Counted from the stretch's first letter, positions 40,527-50,920 are shown. The stretch: 64,000 bases of DNA from a candidate division Kazan bacterium RIFCSPHIGHO2_01_FULL_44_14 (GCA_001771185.1 METB01000001.1:631200-695199); one strand, 5' to 3'. Program-made: numbers and translations. Notes: generated from the letters alone by a model not told the origin.

Positions 40527-41404
40527 TGAAACGAAAAGACATTTTTAGAATTGTAATTGTGAGCGTTGCCATACTAGTAATAAGCGCTGATTGGGTTTTT
40601 CCAGTTTTGCCAGCTTCGGCTGAAATTATTACTGGGGGAGGACCGAGTGTTTGTAATAGTGAAGATTGGCAAAATTGGCAAAAGAAGATAGAACAAAATG
40701 CCAAGGCGATTGTGGCAAAGCTAGAGGAGTTGAGGGAAAAGACAATTGCAGAATTGGAACCGGTACTAAAATCAACTCAAGAACAATATAACGACTTGAA
40801 TGAGCAGGCCGTAATATGGTTGACTAATTTAAAAGCTAAACCAAGGGGATCAATTGTGAATGGAAGAATTTCGTTGATTGGTCGGCAGTATCTTCCTTCG
40901 GAAATGAGAAATCGATTGGCTATTATAGGTACTAAACTCACAGAACTTTCGATTGCACTTCGTCAAAAGAAAGATGCCGATTATTTTTCGGGTCCATATG
41001 CCGAGTCGGAGCTTGATCCTTATGCCAAGCAAAAAAGCGCTTTAATTCAGGAAGCTGGTGGGTTGGTGCCTCGTTATTTGCAGTCCAAGGTTATTTTGGA
41101 AACGGCATATGCGGTAACGGAAAAAGCCGGAGCATACAATAGTGGATGTTGGTTTTTTAGTGGTCCAATAACAAAAAGTAGGGATAGTAAAGTGGATGCT
41201 GGAAAAACTTTTTATAAATTGATGTATATGTATCAACCGATTGGAAGCTCGAAGAGTGGTACGGAGCGCTATTCGTATAGTGAATGGCAAAAAGCTCGAA
41301 ATAAATTTAATGTGTTATCTCGTCTAAACAATACAACTTTTGGAGCCCACTGGGATGTAAGCAACTTTCGGGGAAGTTTTAAGAGGGTCTTTGGGATTGA
41401 TTAG
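40526..41404 (+). CDS. Hypothetical secreted protein
   Basis: Signal peptide; coupled to the upstream ORF by TAATG overlap. Confidence 0.65.
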   Translation: MKRKDIFRIVIVSVAILVISADWVFPVLPASAEIITGGGPSVCNSEDWQNWQKKIEQNAKAIVAKLEELREKTIAELEPVLKSTQEQYNDLNEQAVIWLTNLKAKPRGSIVNGRISLIGRQYLPSEMRNRLAIIGTKLTELSIALRQKKDADYFSGPYAESELDPYAKQKSALIQEAGGLVPRYLQSKVILETAYAVTEKAGAYNSGCWFFSGPITKSRDSKVDAGKTFYKLMYMYQPIGSSKSGTERYSYSEWQKARNKFNVLSRLNNTTFGAHWDVSNFRGSFKRVFGID

Positions 41405-41549
41405 TTGTTCTCCCGGGGTGGGGATAACTTTTTCAATAAAACTTGATTAATTCAGGATAGGGGACTGGGGATAACTCACCTGGTTTACTGATATAAAGAA
41501 TAAACTATTCGCTTCTATGGCGGATAATTTTTGGTTTATAGGTAAAGGG

Positions 41550-41628
41550 TTGCTAGATGTAATCTTAGTGGGGTACAATAAAATCGTTGTGGATAAATGT
41601 GGGGATAAGTGGAGGAATATGTGGATAA
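41550..41628 (+). promoter_or_regulatory. dcw promoter with MraZ-type GTGG repeats and two perfect DnaA boxes
   Basis: TTGCTA-18-TACAAT; four GTGG units; TGTGGATAA at 41588-41596 and 41620-41628. Confidence 0.6.
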
Positions 41629-42052
41629 TGTTTTTATCGGTGAATATACGCATGTACTAGACAGCAAGGGCCGACTTGCTATTCCTGTTAAGTTTAAAAA
41701 ATTGTTAACCAAAGGTGCGGTAGTGACCAAGGGGTTAGATGGTTGTCTTTTCCTTTATACCGAATCCGAATGGGCGAAGTTGGTGGCTAAGCTTAACCAG
41801 ATGCCCATTTCTCAAGGTAATGCGCGGGCATTCGCTCGGTTGATGTTAGCGGGAGCCATGCCGGTAACCTTGGACGCACAGAACCGCATCAATTTACCAA
41901 ATTATTTGATTGCCTTTGCTGGATTGAAAACTACTGCCGTGTTGGCTGGTCTAATGAATCGTCTGGAAATCTGGGACACCAAGAAGTGGGAGACCTACAA
42001 AAAGAAGACCGAGCCAGAGTCCGAGAAAATCGCCGAGCAGTTGTTTATTTAA
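41621..42052 (+). CDS. mraZ: Transcriptional regulator MraZ
   Basis: FIGEY..DSKGRLAIP, LEIW; GTG 41621 preceded by GGAGG. Confidence 0.95.
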   Translation: MDNVFIGEYTHVLDSKGRLAIPVKFKKLLTKGAVVTKGLDGCLFLYTESEWAKLVAKLNQMPISQGNARAFARLMLAGAMPVTLDAQNRINLPNYLIAFAGLKTTAVLAGLMNRLEIWDTKKWETYKKKTEPESEKIAEQLFI

Positions 42053-42053
42053 A

Positions 42054-42459
42054 AATCTTAATCCGTGAGTAATCCGAATTTATTTCGGATTACGAACCCC
42101 TCGAAAAGGGGAGGCAGTCCCGGCAAGCCGGGATGTCGGAAGGGGAAAAACCTGAATAATGGTTTTGCCCCTCCGAGGATAGTTTAAAAATTAATTCCCG
42201 TTTATGTGGCCGATAACTTAACACAATTAGTTATCTAGCTATTATCCGCAACTTTTCACCTCCAACAACTTAGTTTACCCACCCCTGGGCAAACAAAAAA
42301 ACAATCTGAGTTGTCGGCCACATAAAAATATTAACAATCTTAATAAGTGAGTAGCCCGAATTTATTTCGGACTACGAACTCCTCGAAAAGGGGAGGCAGG
42401 TCCGATTTATCGGACTGTCGGAAGGGGAAAAACCTGAATAATGGTTTTGCCCCTCCGAG
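42054..42459 (+). repeat. Two 124-nt direct structured repeats separated by an element with 18-bp TIRs
   Basis: Copies at 42054-42177 and 42336-42459; TIRs at 42201-42218 and 42309-42326 (17/18 match). Confidence 0.85.
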
Positions 42460-42466
42460 TTGAATT

Positions 42467-43342
42467 ATGGAAAATTTCACCCATCAGCCCGTTCTGACTG
42501 ATGCCGTGATGGAATATTTGGCGCCTCGCCCGGGACAGACCCTTGTGGATGCCACATTGGGACTAGGCGGTCACGCCAAAGCGATTCTGGAACGGTTGGG
42601 GGGAATTGGAAAACTTGTCGGCATTGATCAAGATGAACAGGCCTTACAAATTGCAAGCAAAAACCTTAGTTCTTACCAAAATCAATTGGTTTTGGTTTAC
42701 GGCAATTTCCGTGATCTTGGCCAGCTTGTTGAGAGCCACGGATACGGAAGCGTTGACGGAATATTATTTGACCTCGGTGTCTCGTCTCTTCAGTTAGACG
42801 AGGGCACACGAGGTTTTTCTTTTAACAAATCAGCCATTCTAGATATGCGGATGGGAGTGGGCGAGTTGACTGCCGAGGAGGTAGTAAATACTTATTCGGA
42901 AGCGAAATTGGTTCGTATCTTACGGGAATATGGCGAGGAGCCACGAGCCGAGCAGATTGCCGAACGGATAGTAGAAGCCAGGAAATATCACCCGATACGG
43001 ACTACCGACGAATTGGCTGATATCATTGGCGGTTACCGAGGAGGAAAGATTAATCCGGCTACTCGGACATTCCAGGCCATACGCATTGAAGTGAATGACG
43101 AACTGACTGCTTTGGAACAGGCATTGCCACAGGCAGTTGACTTGTTGAAACCAGGCGGACGGTTGGCGGTAATTTCCTTCCATTCATTGGAGGATAGAAT
43201 CGTCAAACACTTCTTTAAAACTTTAGCCACTGGGGGGAGCATCCGGCTTCTCACCAAGAAGGCAATTATGCCTTCTTGGGAGGAGCGGAAGAGCAATCGG
43301 CGAGCGAGAAGTGCCAAACTCCGAGTAATCGAAAAAATTTAA
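42467..43342 (+). CDS. rsmH: 16S rRNA m4C1402 methyltransferase
   Basis: HQPVL, DATLGLGGH, DLGVSS, FHSLEDR. Confidence 0.97.
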   Translation: MENFTHQPVLTDAVMEYLAPRPGQTLVDATLGLGGHAKAILERLGGIGKLVGIDQDEQALQIASKNLSSYQNQLVLVYGNFRDLGQLVESHGYGSVDGILFDLGVSSLQLDEGTRGFSFNKSAILDMRMGVGELTAEEVVNTYSEAKLVRILREYGEEPRAEQIAERIVEARKYHPIRTTDELADIIGGYRGGKINPATRTFQAIRIEVNDELTALEQALPQAVDLLKPGGRLAVISFHSLEDRIVKHFFKTLATGGSIRLLTKKAIMPSWEERKSNRRARSAKLRVIEKI

Positions 43343-43343
43343 T

Positions 43344-43769
43344 ATGAAACCGCGGTTCAAAATCAATTTCAATTTAGGTAGACGGATAAGAATGCGGCCA
43401 ATGTCATTGACTTATTTGGCCGTGGGAACATTTTTTGTGGTCGGATTTATCTATGTAGTGGTGGTCAATGTGGTGTCTAACAAGGGAACTGAACTGCGGA
43501 TGTTGGAAATTGAAAATGGTAATTTGGCCAATGATAATGATCGGTTAGATGTAGAAGCGGCCAGGTTGAAATCGTTGAGTGTGATTGAAGATAACGCATC
43601 GGGCGAAGTCAATGTCGGGAACTTGGAGCCGACCAATCCAAACAGCACAACCCCAACCGCAACAACCGATAAACAGGTAGTGGCGGTGGTGCCAAAAGCG
43701 GTACCAAAATTAGTTAGGACTCAAAGCCAGCAGTATTTGCCGAGTTATACAGTATTGGCTCAAAGGTAA
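43344..43769 (+). CDS. FtsL-like septum protein
   Basis: Single TM + coiled coil, directly after rsmH. Confidence 0.55.
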   Translation: MKPRFKINFNLGRRIRMRPMSLTYLAVGTFFVVGFIYVVVVNVVSNKGTELRMLEIENGNLANDNDRLDVEAARLKSLSVIEDNASGEVNVGNLEPTNPNSTTPTATTDKQVVAVVPKAVPKLVRTQSQQYLPSYTVLAQR

Positions 43770-43970
43770 CTTTTCTGACCGTATAACGACGGTCAATCCG
43801 TTGCTACTTTTGTCTTGCCAAAAGTAGCCAAAAGCGTGGCCCGGACAGTTCCGGGTCTATTCATTAGTTAAACTGCTGGGCGCTTTCGCCGAACTCGCCT
43901 TCGGCTCAAACAACGGCTTCGCCCCAAGCAATTTAACTTAATTCAGAACGACCCTTCACTGACGGGCCGG
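43770..43970. repeat. Family D structured repeat
   Basis: GCTACTTT..AAAGTAGC hairpin; TATTCATT..ATTCAGAAC. Confidence 0.75.
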
Positions 43971-43986
43971 ATGATATACTCGTGGT

Positions 43987-44472
43987 ATGGAACGGCATAA
44001 GCGATTGAAAAACTTAGAGGCGACAGAACAGTATTTGTTCCATGGGTCACCTGATGAAATAGGGGAATTGGAACCTCGTCAGCCGTATATTTTTGATAAG
44101 AAGCAAAACAAGATGGTGCCAGACGGTGAGCCAGCAGTGGTGGCGTCCCCATATTCGGACGTAGCGATTTTTAGAGCAATTGTGAACAAGAAAAACATTC
44201 CTGAAAAGCATTGGAGTGGATTCGGGTATGATGGCGAAAATAAAAAACTGAAGTTTAGAATGTCTCGGAGTACTGCTGATACGGCTAAGGAAGCCAAAGG
44301 GTATGTTCATGTATTAAATAGGAACGAGTTTACGCCAAAGAGTCCAGAAAGACCCGAGGGGATGGAGTGGCGGTCTGATAAAAGTGTAAAACCAGTTGAG
44401 ATTGTCGAGGTAACAGCCGACTATTTGCCAGAAGATATTTCGATTGAGCCGGACCCATCTGAAAATCAATAA
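43987..44472 (+). CDS. Hypothetical protein, possible ADP-ribosyltransferase-like fold
   Basis: LFHGS..VVAS..GYVHVL..EW. Confidence 0.55.
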   Translation: MERHKRLKNLEATEQYLFHGSPDEIGELEPRQPYIFDKKQNKMVPDGEPAVVASPYSDVAIFRAIVNKKNIPEKHWSGFGYDGENKKLKFRMSRSTADTAKEAKGYVHVLNRNEFTPKSPERPEGMEWRSDKSVKPVEIVEVTADYLPEDISIEPDPSENQ

Positions 44473-44528
44473 TTTGTGATTTGTTATTTGAAGTTTGGAA
44501 TTTACTCATTAGTTTATAATGAGTAGGT

Positions 44529-46259
44529 ATGCTAGATAGGGCGACGACATTGCAGTTAGAACAAAGGTACCGGATTGGTTTTGTTAGTACCGCGTTTTTC
44601 ATATTGTTTGTAATGGCGACAGGTAGATTAATTGAACGCCAGGTATTTGAGCATGGCTATTTTGTGCGGTTAGCCAAAGAACAGCATTTGGCCAGCCAGG
44701 TGGTACCAGCGCAGAGGGGCAGGATTTTTACGGAGGAATCAGACGGTAGTGGCTTGTATCCGTTGGCGACCAATGTGTCGTTGTGGGCTTTAACCGCAGT
44801 TCCGGCGCAGATTCGTCAGCCGGAATTGGTGGCGAGTAAGTTGATGCCGTATTTAGCCGGTTCGGGAATCGAAGAAAGTGAGTTAATCGGTAAACTCTCC
44901 AGCAAGTCCCAATATATTCCACCATTAAAACGAAAGATCGGTGAAGAGGAAGCGACGGCAATTAACGCGCTGGATTTGACCGGAGTGTATTTGACGCAAG
45001 AGAAGTATCGTTATTCGCCAGAAGAAACTATGGCGGCGCAAGTGTTGGGATTTGTAAACCGAGATGGTGAGGGCCAATACGGCTTGGAGGGATATTTTGA
45101 TAAAGAACTGGGCGGTAAAGCCGGATTCCTAGAATCCGAGCAGGACACTTTTGGTCGGCAAATTGCATTAGGCAAACGCGAAGAAGTGAACCCAGAAAAT
45201 GGATTAGATCTTGTGGTGACGCTCGATCGAGCGGTGCAATATTATGTCGATAAAGCCGTCAAAGAATCGGTTGAAAAACATCAAGCTGAACGAGCCACAG
45301 CGATTGTGATGGAACCGCAGACCGGCAAAATAGTTGCCATGTCATCTTATCCAACTTTTAATCCGAATAATTACAACACAGAAGATATTGCTAACTTCAC
45401 CAATTCGAATATTTCCCAGGTGTATGAGCCGGGGTCAGTGTTTAAAGTGATTACGATGGCAGCCGGAATTGACGCAGGGCTAGTGGCGCCGAGTACAACT
45501 TATACTGACATTGGTGAAGTCCAGGTGGATGACAGAACAATTAAAAACTCTGACCTGAAAGCCCACGGTCAGCAGACCATGACTCAAGTATTGGAAGCAT
45601 CACTGAATACGGGTGCAGTGTTTGTGGTGCAGAAACTGGGGAAGTATTTATTTAATAAATATCTGGGTCAATTTGGTTTTACCCATCTGACTGGAATTGA
45701 TTTAAAAGGTGAAGTAGATGCGCAGATTAAAGATGTTCGCCAAGTCAGAGATGTCGATTTGGCGACGATGGCGTTTGGACAAGGAATTGCGGTGACGCCA
45801 ATCCAGATGTTAGCGGCGGTAGGGGCAATTGCTAACGATGGGCGATTAATGAAACCGCATATTGTCGATCGGATTTTGTATCCTTCAGGAGCGGTGTCGA
45901 TCGACCCAGTGGTGGAGGGGCAAGCAATTAGTTCGCAAACTGCCCAATTAGTTTCGGCCATGATGGTGAGTGTGGTGGAAAATGGACATGGTCAAAAGGC
46001 CGGTGTGCCGGGGTATTGGATCGCTGGCAAAACTGGTACGGCCCAAATACCCAGCCCGAACGGAGGATACTTGGATGGGTTTGGTAACACTATCGGGACT
46101 TTTGTTGGGTTTGGGCCAGTCGAGAATCCGAGGTTTGTGATGTTGACCCGGGTAGATAAACCAAAAGATGTGCAATTCGCGGAAAGTAGTGCCGCACCAC
46201 TGTTCGGACAGATTGCAAAGTTTTTGTTGGATTATTGGAGAATTCCTCCGACGAGGTGA
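44529..46259 (+). CDS. ftsI: Class B penicillin-binding protein (FtsI-like)
   Basis: PGSVFK, SLN, KTGT. Confidence 0.92.
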   Translation: MLDRATTLQLEQRYRIGFVSTAFFILFVMATGRLIERQVFEHGYFVRLAKEQHLASQVVPAQRGRIFTEESDGSGLYPLATNVSLWALTAVPAQIRQPELVASKLMPYLAGSGIEESELIGKLSSKSQYIPPLKRKIGEEEATAINALDLTGVYLTQEKYRYSPEETMAAQVLGFVNRDGEGQYGLEGYFDKELGGKAGFLESEQDTFGRQIALGKREEVNPENGLDLVVTLDRAVQYYVDKAVKESVEKHQAERATAIVMEPQTGKIVAMSSYPTFNPNNYNTEDIANFTNSNISQVYEPGSVFKVITMAAGIDAGLVAPSTTYTDIGEVQVDDRTIKNSDLKAHGQQTMTQVLEASLNTGAVFVVQKLGKYLFNKYLGQFGFTHLTGIDLKGEVDAQIKDVRQVRDVDLATMAFGQGIAVTPIQMLAAVGAIANDGRLMKPHIVDRILYPSGAVSIDPVVEGQAISSQTAQLVSAMMVSVVENGHGQKAGVPGYWIAGKTGTAQIPSPNGGYLDGFGNTIGTFVGFGPVENPRFVMLTRVDKPKDVQFAESSAAPLFGQIAKFLLDYWRIPPTR

Positions 46260-46264
46260 ATAGT

Positions 46265-46500
46265 CCAAGCGCAAGCTGGCGCTTGACCCAGCACAGACGA
46301 GCGCCACATCGCGCTCGACCGATGGGCACTTTGGCTTGTCAAAGTGCCATAAATCGCTTTCGCAGTCGCTCTCGTTATTCATCACAACTAATTCCCTTAC
46401 TGCTCTCGCCAAACTCCCCCTCGACTACGCTCGGGGTCAAACAGTTGGCTTCGCAACGGGAATTAGTTGGATTCAGGACATTCGAGCTCCAATGCTCGGT
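46265..46500. repeat. Family D structured repeat
   Basis: 41-nt identity with the 48975 copy; GCACTTT..AAAGTGC hairpin. Confidence 0.8.
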
Positions 46501-46678
46501 TAAGAAGGAATTGTCTAACCCATGATTCGTAATTCGTGATTCATGATTCTGGCTTGGTTCGATGCATCTTTACTTACCCGCTAACCTGCTGTTCTAATTT
46601 TTCCTTGTCTGGGGGCGTCACAGCACCAGTCGCTAGCCCTCCGGTGCATGACACCGATTTTTAGCGTATTATTGGAGG

Positions 46679-47935
46679 ATGAAGATCTTTGCTCTCAATC
46701 TGTTGGTGGGGTTGGCCAGACGGATATTGGTTAAATTCCAGCCCCGAATTATTGGGGTGACGGGAAGTGTGGGCAAGACCACGACCAAGGAAGCCATTTA
46801 CACCGCCTTGCGCGGAAGTTTTCGAGTGGCGCGGAGTTTGAAGAATGCTAATACTGAATGGGGAGCGACGGCGACAATCCTTGACCAGAATTTCCATCCC
46901 CAAGTAGATGGTCTGGGTCGAGCTAAAATTACACCTGGGCAGATGGTGCGGTTGGTTTGGCAGGGTTGCAGATGGTTAATGAGAAAGGGCGGTTATCCGG
47001 AAATTTTGATATTAGAGTTGGCGGCGGATCGGCCGGGCGATATTAAATTTTTCAATCGACTTTTGCAGTATAACATCGCGGTGATTACCAATATCGGTCA
47101 AGTACACTTGGAGTTTTATAAAGACCAGACCGAGTTGACCGCCGAAAAATTGGCTTTAGCGGATGGACTAAAAACAGGTGGTCTTTTGGTATTGAATGGT
47201 GACAATGATTTGATGCGGGATTTTGTGGAGACAACCTCATCCCGCAAAGTGACTTTTGGGTGGGAGGACACGAATAATTATTTTGCTTCCCTACAAGATA
47301 TTACGACCGAGGGCTTACGGTTTGAGGTGCATACGCCGAAGGGTGACGAAGTGATGGCATTTGGGTTTGGTCGTCAGGTGGTCCCAGCGGTTTTAGTTGG
47401 GTTGGCAGTTGGGCAAGAATTAGGGATTCCTCTTCAAGTAATGACTGGACGACTGGCTTCGTTTGGTTCGCTGACTGGCCGATTTGAGATTGAGTATTTA
47501 AATCGCGGGATTATGCTAGTTAATGATGCTTACAATGCAAATCCTGATTCAATGAAATCGGCATTAACTAGTTTGCAGGATATTGCCTCGATCAGAGACG
47601 AGCAAGGCCCTCCGAGTCCTCGGCGTAGGAGAGTGGCAATCCTCGGTGGAATGCGAGAACTGGGTTCGGCTCATGATAGCGCTCACCGGGAAGTCGGCCG
47701 GTTTTTGCGGGACAAAGTTGATTTGTTGATTGCTATTGGTGAGGATGGGATGTTAATGGCAGAAGCGGCGCAAACATCTGGTTTGACCGAAAATCAGATT
47801 ATTTTAGTGCCGGAAATTGGTCAGGTAGATTTTTCTAAATTTTTGCAGGATAATGATGCCGTGTTGGTAAAGGCCTCGCGCAGTTTCGGGTTGGATAAGG
47901 TGGCGCAATTAATTAAACAACGCATTGGGAAATAG
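46679..47935 (+). CDS. murF: UDP-MurNAc-tripeptide--D-Ala-D-Ala ligase
   Basis: GVTGSVGKTTTKE, DAYNANP, MRELG, KASR. Confidence 0.93.
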   Translation: MKIFALNLLVGLARRILVKFQPRIIGVTGSVGKTTTKEAIYTALRGSFRVARSLKNANTEWGATATILDQNFHPQVDGLGRAKITPGQMVRLVWQGCRWLMRKGGYPEILILELAADRPGDIKFFNRLLQYNIAVITNIGQVHLEFYKDQTELTAEKLALADGLKTGGLLVLNGDNDLMRDFVETTSSRKVTFGWEDTNNYFASLQDITTEGLRFEVHTPKGDEVMAFGFGRQVVPAVLVGLAVGQELGIPLQVMTGRLASFGSLTGRFEIEYLNRGIMLVNDAYNANPDSMKSALTSLQDIASIRDEQGPPSPRRRRVAILGGMRELGSAHDSAHREVGRFLRDKVDLLIAIGEDGMLMAEAAQTSGLTENQIILVPEIGQVDFSKFLQDNDAVLVKASRSFGLDKVAQLIKQRIGK

Positions 47936-48968
47936 TCCATCTGAATTAGTTTTGCAAATTACTCTGCTTCGGGTATTTATTTTGGCTGGGTTGGGATTTT
48001 TTGTGGCGATTTTGGCAACTCCGTTTTGGATTAATTTTTTGTATAAATATAAGTTTTGGAAACAGGCCAAGGAAGAAACGATTTATGGAACAAAAGCCAC
48101 GGTATTTCAGCAGTTGCATGCCGAAAAGCACAAACGGAATATCCCGACGATGGCGGGAGTGTTGTTTTGGGTAATTGTGTTGGCGCTGTCGTTGAAGTTT
48201 AATTTAACTCGGTCGCAAACTTATTTGCCGTTGTTTGCGCTGGTTTCGGTTGGAATTATTGGGGCGGTGGATGATTGGTTTAATATTCGGGGAATCGGCA
48301 GAATCAAAGGAATCCGAGCTCGACAAAAAATGGCTTGGTTATTGGTGATGGCGGGCCTGGGGGCTTGGTGGTTCTATGAAAAATTAGGTCAACACAGTAT
48401 TCATTTACCTGGAATCGGAGATTTCTTGGTGGGGTGGTGGTATATTCCGATTTTCATTATCATTATCCTAGCGACTGCCAATGCGTTTAATATTACTGAT
48501 GGGTTGGACGGATTGTCGGGTGGATTGTTCGTGATCGCTTATGGGGCGTATGGGATTTTGGCCCTGGCAAATAATCAAGTTAGTTTGGCCATTTTCTGTG
48601 CCACGGTGGTGGGGGTGCTATTGGCTTATCTTTGGTTTAATATTTATCCGGCCAGATTCTTTGGCGGTGATACTTATTCGTTAGCGTTCGGAGCAACCTT
48701 GGGGGTAGTGGCGATGTTGATTAACAGGGGAACTGGTGTAGCCGTTTTGCCGTTAATTGCTTTTGTGCCACTGCTTGAAACTTTGTCGGTAATCATCCAG
48801 CTGACTTATCGGAAGTTGTATAAAAAGAAATTGTTTTTAGTGGCCCCAATTCATCATCATTTCGAGGCGATTGGTTGGCCAGAAACCAAAGTAACAATGC
48901 GGTTCTGGGTAATTGGAGCCGTATTTGCAACGATGGGATTGGTAATCGGGTTGGTTGGTGCTGGTTAA
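47925..48968 (+). CDS. mraY: Phospho-MurNAc-pentapeptide transferase
   Basis: PTMAG, NITDGLDGL, APIHHHFE. Confidence 0.96.
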   Translation: MGNSPSELVLQITLLRVFILAGLGFFVAILATPFWINFLYKYKFWKQAKEETIYGTKATVFQQLHAEKHKRNIPTMAGVLFWVIVLALSLKFNLTRSQTYLPLFALVSVGIIGAVDDWFNIRGIGRIKGIRARQKMAWLLVMAGLGAWWFYEKLGQHSIHLPGIGDFLVGWWYIPIFIIIILATANAFNITDGLDGLSGGLFVIAYGAYGILALANNQVSLAIFCATVVGVLLAYLWFNIYPARFFGGDTYSLAFGATLGVVAMLINRGTGVAVLPLIAFVPLLETLSVIIQLTYRKLYKKKLFLVAPIHHHFEAIGWPETKVTMRFWVIGAVFATMGLVIGLVGAG

Positions 48969-48974
48969 TTTAAA

Positions 48975-49181
48975 TGAGCGCAGGGTGGCGCTCAACCCAC
49001 CGTTACTTTCCTCTTGGCGAAAGTAACCAAAGCCGTCTCCGCAGTCGCCCTCTTTATTCATCACAACTAATTCCCTTACTGCTCTCGCCAAACTTGCCCC
49101 GACCTAAAGGTCGGGTCTTCGAACAGTTGGCTTCGCAACGGAAATTAGTTGGATTCAGAACACTCGGGCTCCAATGCTCGA
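48975..49181. repeat. Family D structured repeat
   Basis: GTTACTTT..AAAGTAAC hairpin; matches the 46265 and 5505 copies. Confidence 0.8.
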
Positions 49182-49438
49182 TTAAGAGGGGATAGTAACT
49201 ACTCGATGGGTCCCAATAAGATTGATACCCCGAATCCGCCAACTGGCGGACTAATTTCGAATCAAACTCGAATGACTGAATGCTTCAAAATTAAGACATT
49301 AAGATATTTACTCAAAATTCAAAATTTGTCATTCAAAATTACTTATACTCCAATATTCAGTATCTTCTCCCCCCTAAGATAAGGGGAGGTAGGGTGGGGT
49401 CATATGGGTGCAAATTGGCTCTGGGGGAGGGTTTTGGC

Positions 49439-49467
49439 TTGACGGTAGGTGGGAATAGGAGTATAAT
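49439..49467 (+). promoter_or_regulatory. Sigma70 promoter of the DGR target gene
   Basis: TTGACG-17-TATAAT. Confidence 0.7.
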
Positions 49468-49571
49468 CAAGGTGTAAGGTGGGCCTGTAATTTTCAGGGA
49501 TATCAACCATCAGCACCTTGAAGACTAGTTCTGCAAAACTGGCCAGCAAGGCGAACCAGAAGGAGACTAGG

Positions 49572-50624
49572 ATGAACATCCTGGCCGCTATTAGTGTCGT
49601 ATTGAAATTTCTCGAAGCTTTGATTGTTGCTAATCAAGACAAAGATGGTCATTTCTCCCGGGTGAGTGAGTTGCTTACACAGCTCAAGTCGCTCGGCGAA
49701 GAGCCCCTCTCTCGTCTGATGCAGCGGATTAATGTTGTTGGCTTGGTGCTGAGCCGGGTCAGCATCCCCAGTTACGAAGAGTTTCAGGGGTTCGTGGACA
49801 CACAGGTTCTTTCCTGGCTACCGAAGCCGTCCCGTACACCAACCCGACTCAAGGGCAATTGGCAGAACGAACGACTGAAGGTGCAGAAGAAAGCCTGGGC
49901 CGTAATCGGGGTCGAGCTTCCGCAGGATCTTTGTGATGAGTTCGTTGCAATCCTAAACAAGTGTGGCGCCGAATTGGTAGCGACCCTCGAGGCGTATGGC
50001 TTCATGTTTGTTATCACGCCGGATATCACTTGGACCGTCAACACTTGGCCTGCCAAGTGGGTTAAGCTCAACAACTGGTTCTGGCAGATTCTGGGTAGCG
50101 GACGTCTCCTCAAAGAGGATGACACCGTAATCCAGCACTGCAAGCTCCAACGCCAGGTCCTGCTAATCGATACACGCAAGAAGCCTGTCTATGCTGACGG
50201 TCGTCAGTGTTGGGACAAGGATGTGTTCATGGAGGCTCTAATCGGGTGGCTTCAAGACCAAAAGAAACTGCCTATCGACAGCACCTGCGGTCGTGGTAGT
50301 CGCTTCCGCTTAAGCCGCAACGACTATACAAAGGTTGTGGCTCCAGCTTTATTAGAGGCGCTTCAACAGCTCGGTTGTCCGGCTCAAGCCGTTCGGTTGG
50401 AATACTGTCCGGAGCATTCTGCTTTCTGCCAGCTGTTTGATGCCCCCCGCAAGGATAGTGGAAAGACAACCACTTGGCTGTGGTTCCAAGAGCGACTGGA
50501 CTCGTCCGGGCACTCGCTGCATAGCGGGGTCTCCGGCAGCGGTGGTCTGGCGTTCGTCAGTTTCAACAATTCCGACTACCGCTGGAACAACGTATCTGCT
50601 TCGCTCGTGGCAGTTATGGTCTAG
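49572..50624 (+). CDS. DGR variable (target) protein, probable C-terminal CLec-like fold
   Basis: SD AAGGAG + ATG 49572; VR occupies the last ~42 codons. Confidence 0.88.
   Translation: MNILAAISVVLKFLEALIVANQDKDGHFSRVSELLTQLKSLGEEPLSRLMQRINVVGLVLSRVSIPSYEEFQGFVDTQVLSWLPKPSRTPTRLKGNWQNERLKVQKKAWAVIGVELPQDLCDEFVAILNKCGAELVATLEAYGFMFVITPDITWTVNTWPAKWVKLNNWFWQILGSGRLLKEDDTVIQHCKLQRQVLLIDTRKKPVYADGRQCWDKDVFMEALIGWLQDQKKLPIDSTCGRGSRFRLSRNDYTKVVAPALLEALQQLGCPAQAVRLEYCPEHSAFCQLFDAPRKDSGKTTTWLWFQERLDSSGHSLHSGVSGSGGLAFVSFNNSDYRWNNVSASLVAVMV
50491..50615 (+). repeat. DGR variable repeat (VR)
   Basis: 113/125 identical to 50921-51045; all 12 differences are at TR adenines. Confidence 0.96.
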
Positions 50625-50668
50625 GCCATTTTGGGCGTTTGGATTTTTTGGAATTTGGTATCATCCCC

Positions 50669-50698
50669 GAGCGGGGTTGCTTGCAACCCCGCTCTTTT
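50669..50698 (+). promoter_or_regulatory. GC-rich hairpin 3' of VR (homing cruciform and/or terminator)
   Basis: GAGCGGGGTTGC-TT-GCAACCCCGCTC then TTTT. Confidence 0.7.
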
Positions 50699-50920
50699 CA
50701 TATACTGATGTAGATGCGGCAGTGAATAGATACTTTGGTATCTATCGTCGCTCTCCCTTTTGGGACCAGCCAGAGTTTATAAACTCAAGTAGTTTATAAA
50801 GAGTGCTAAACCTAAAAGAGAAACTGCGTATCTGCTACTCAGTCTCATGAAGTGAGGCGCATAAAATACAGGCAGAACATCTTGTTTGTTTGCCAGTGCT
50901 AAAGGATGGTGGCAGATACT

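Noticed and set aside
41415-41628. Replication origin
   Set aside because: Only two perfect DnaA boxes, no dnaA/dnaN nearby, and the strand bias looks unchanged across the site.
41628-41640. Possible frameshift at the mraZ start (ATG TTTTT ATC)
   Set aside because: The in-frame GTG at 41621 with a GGAGG SD gives an intact gene.
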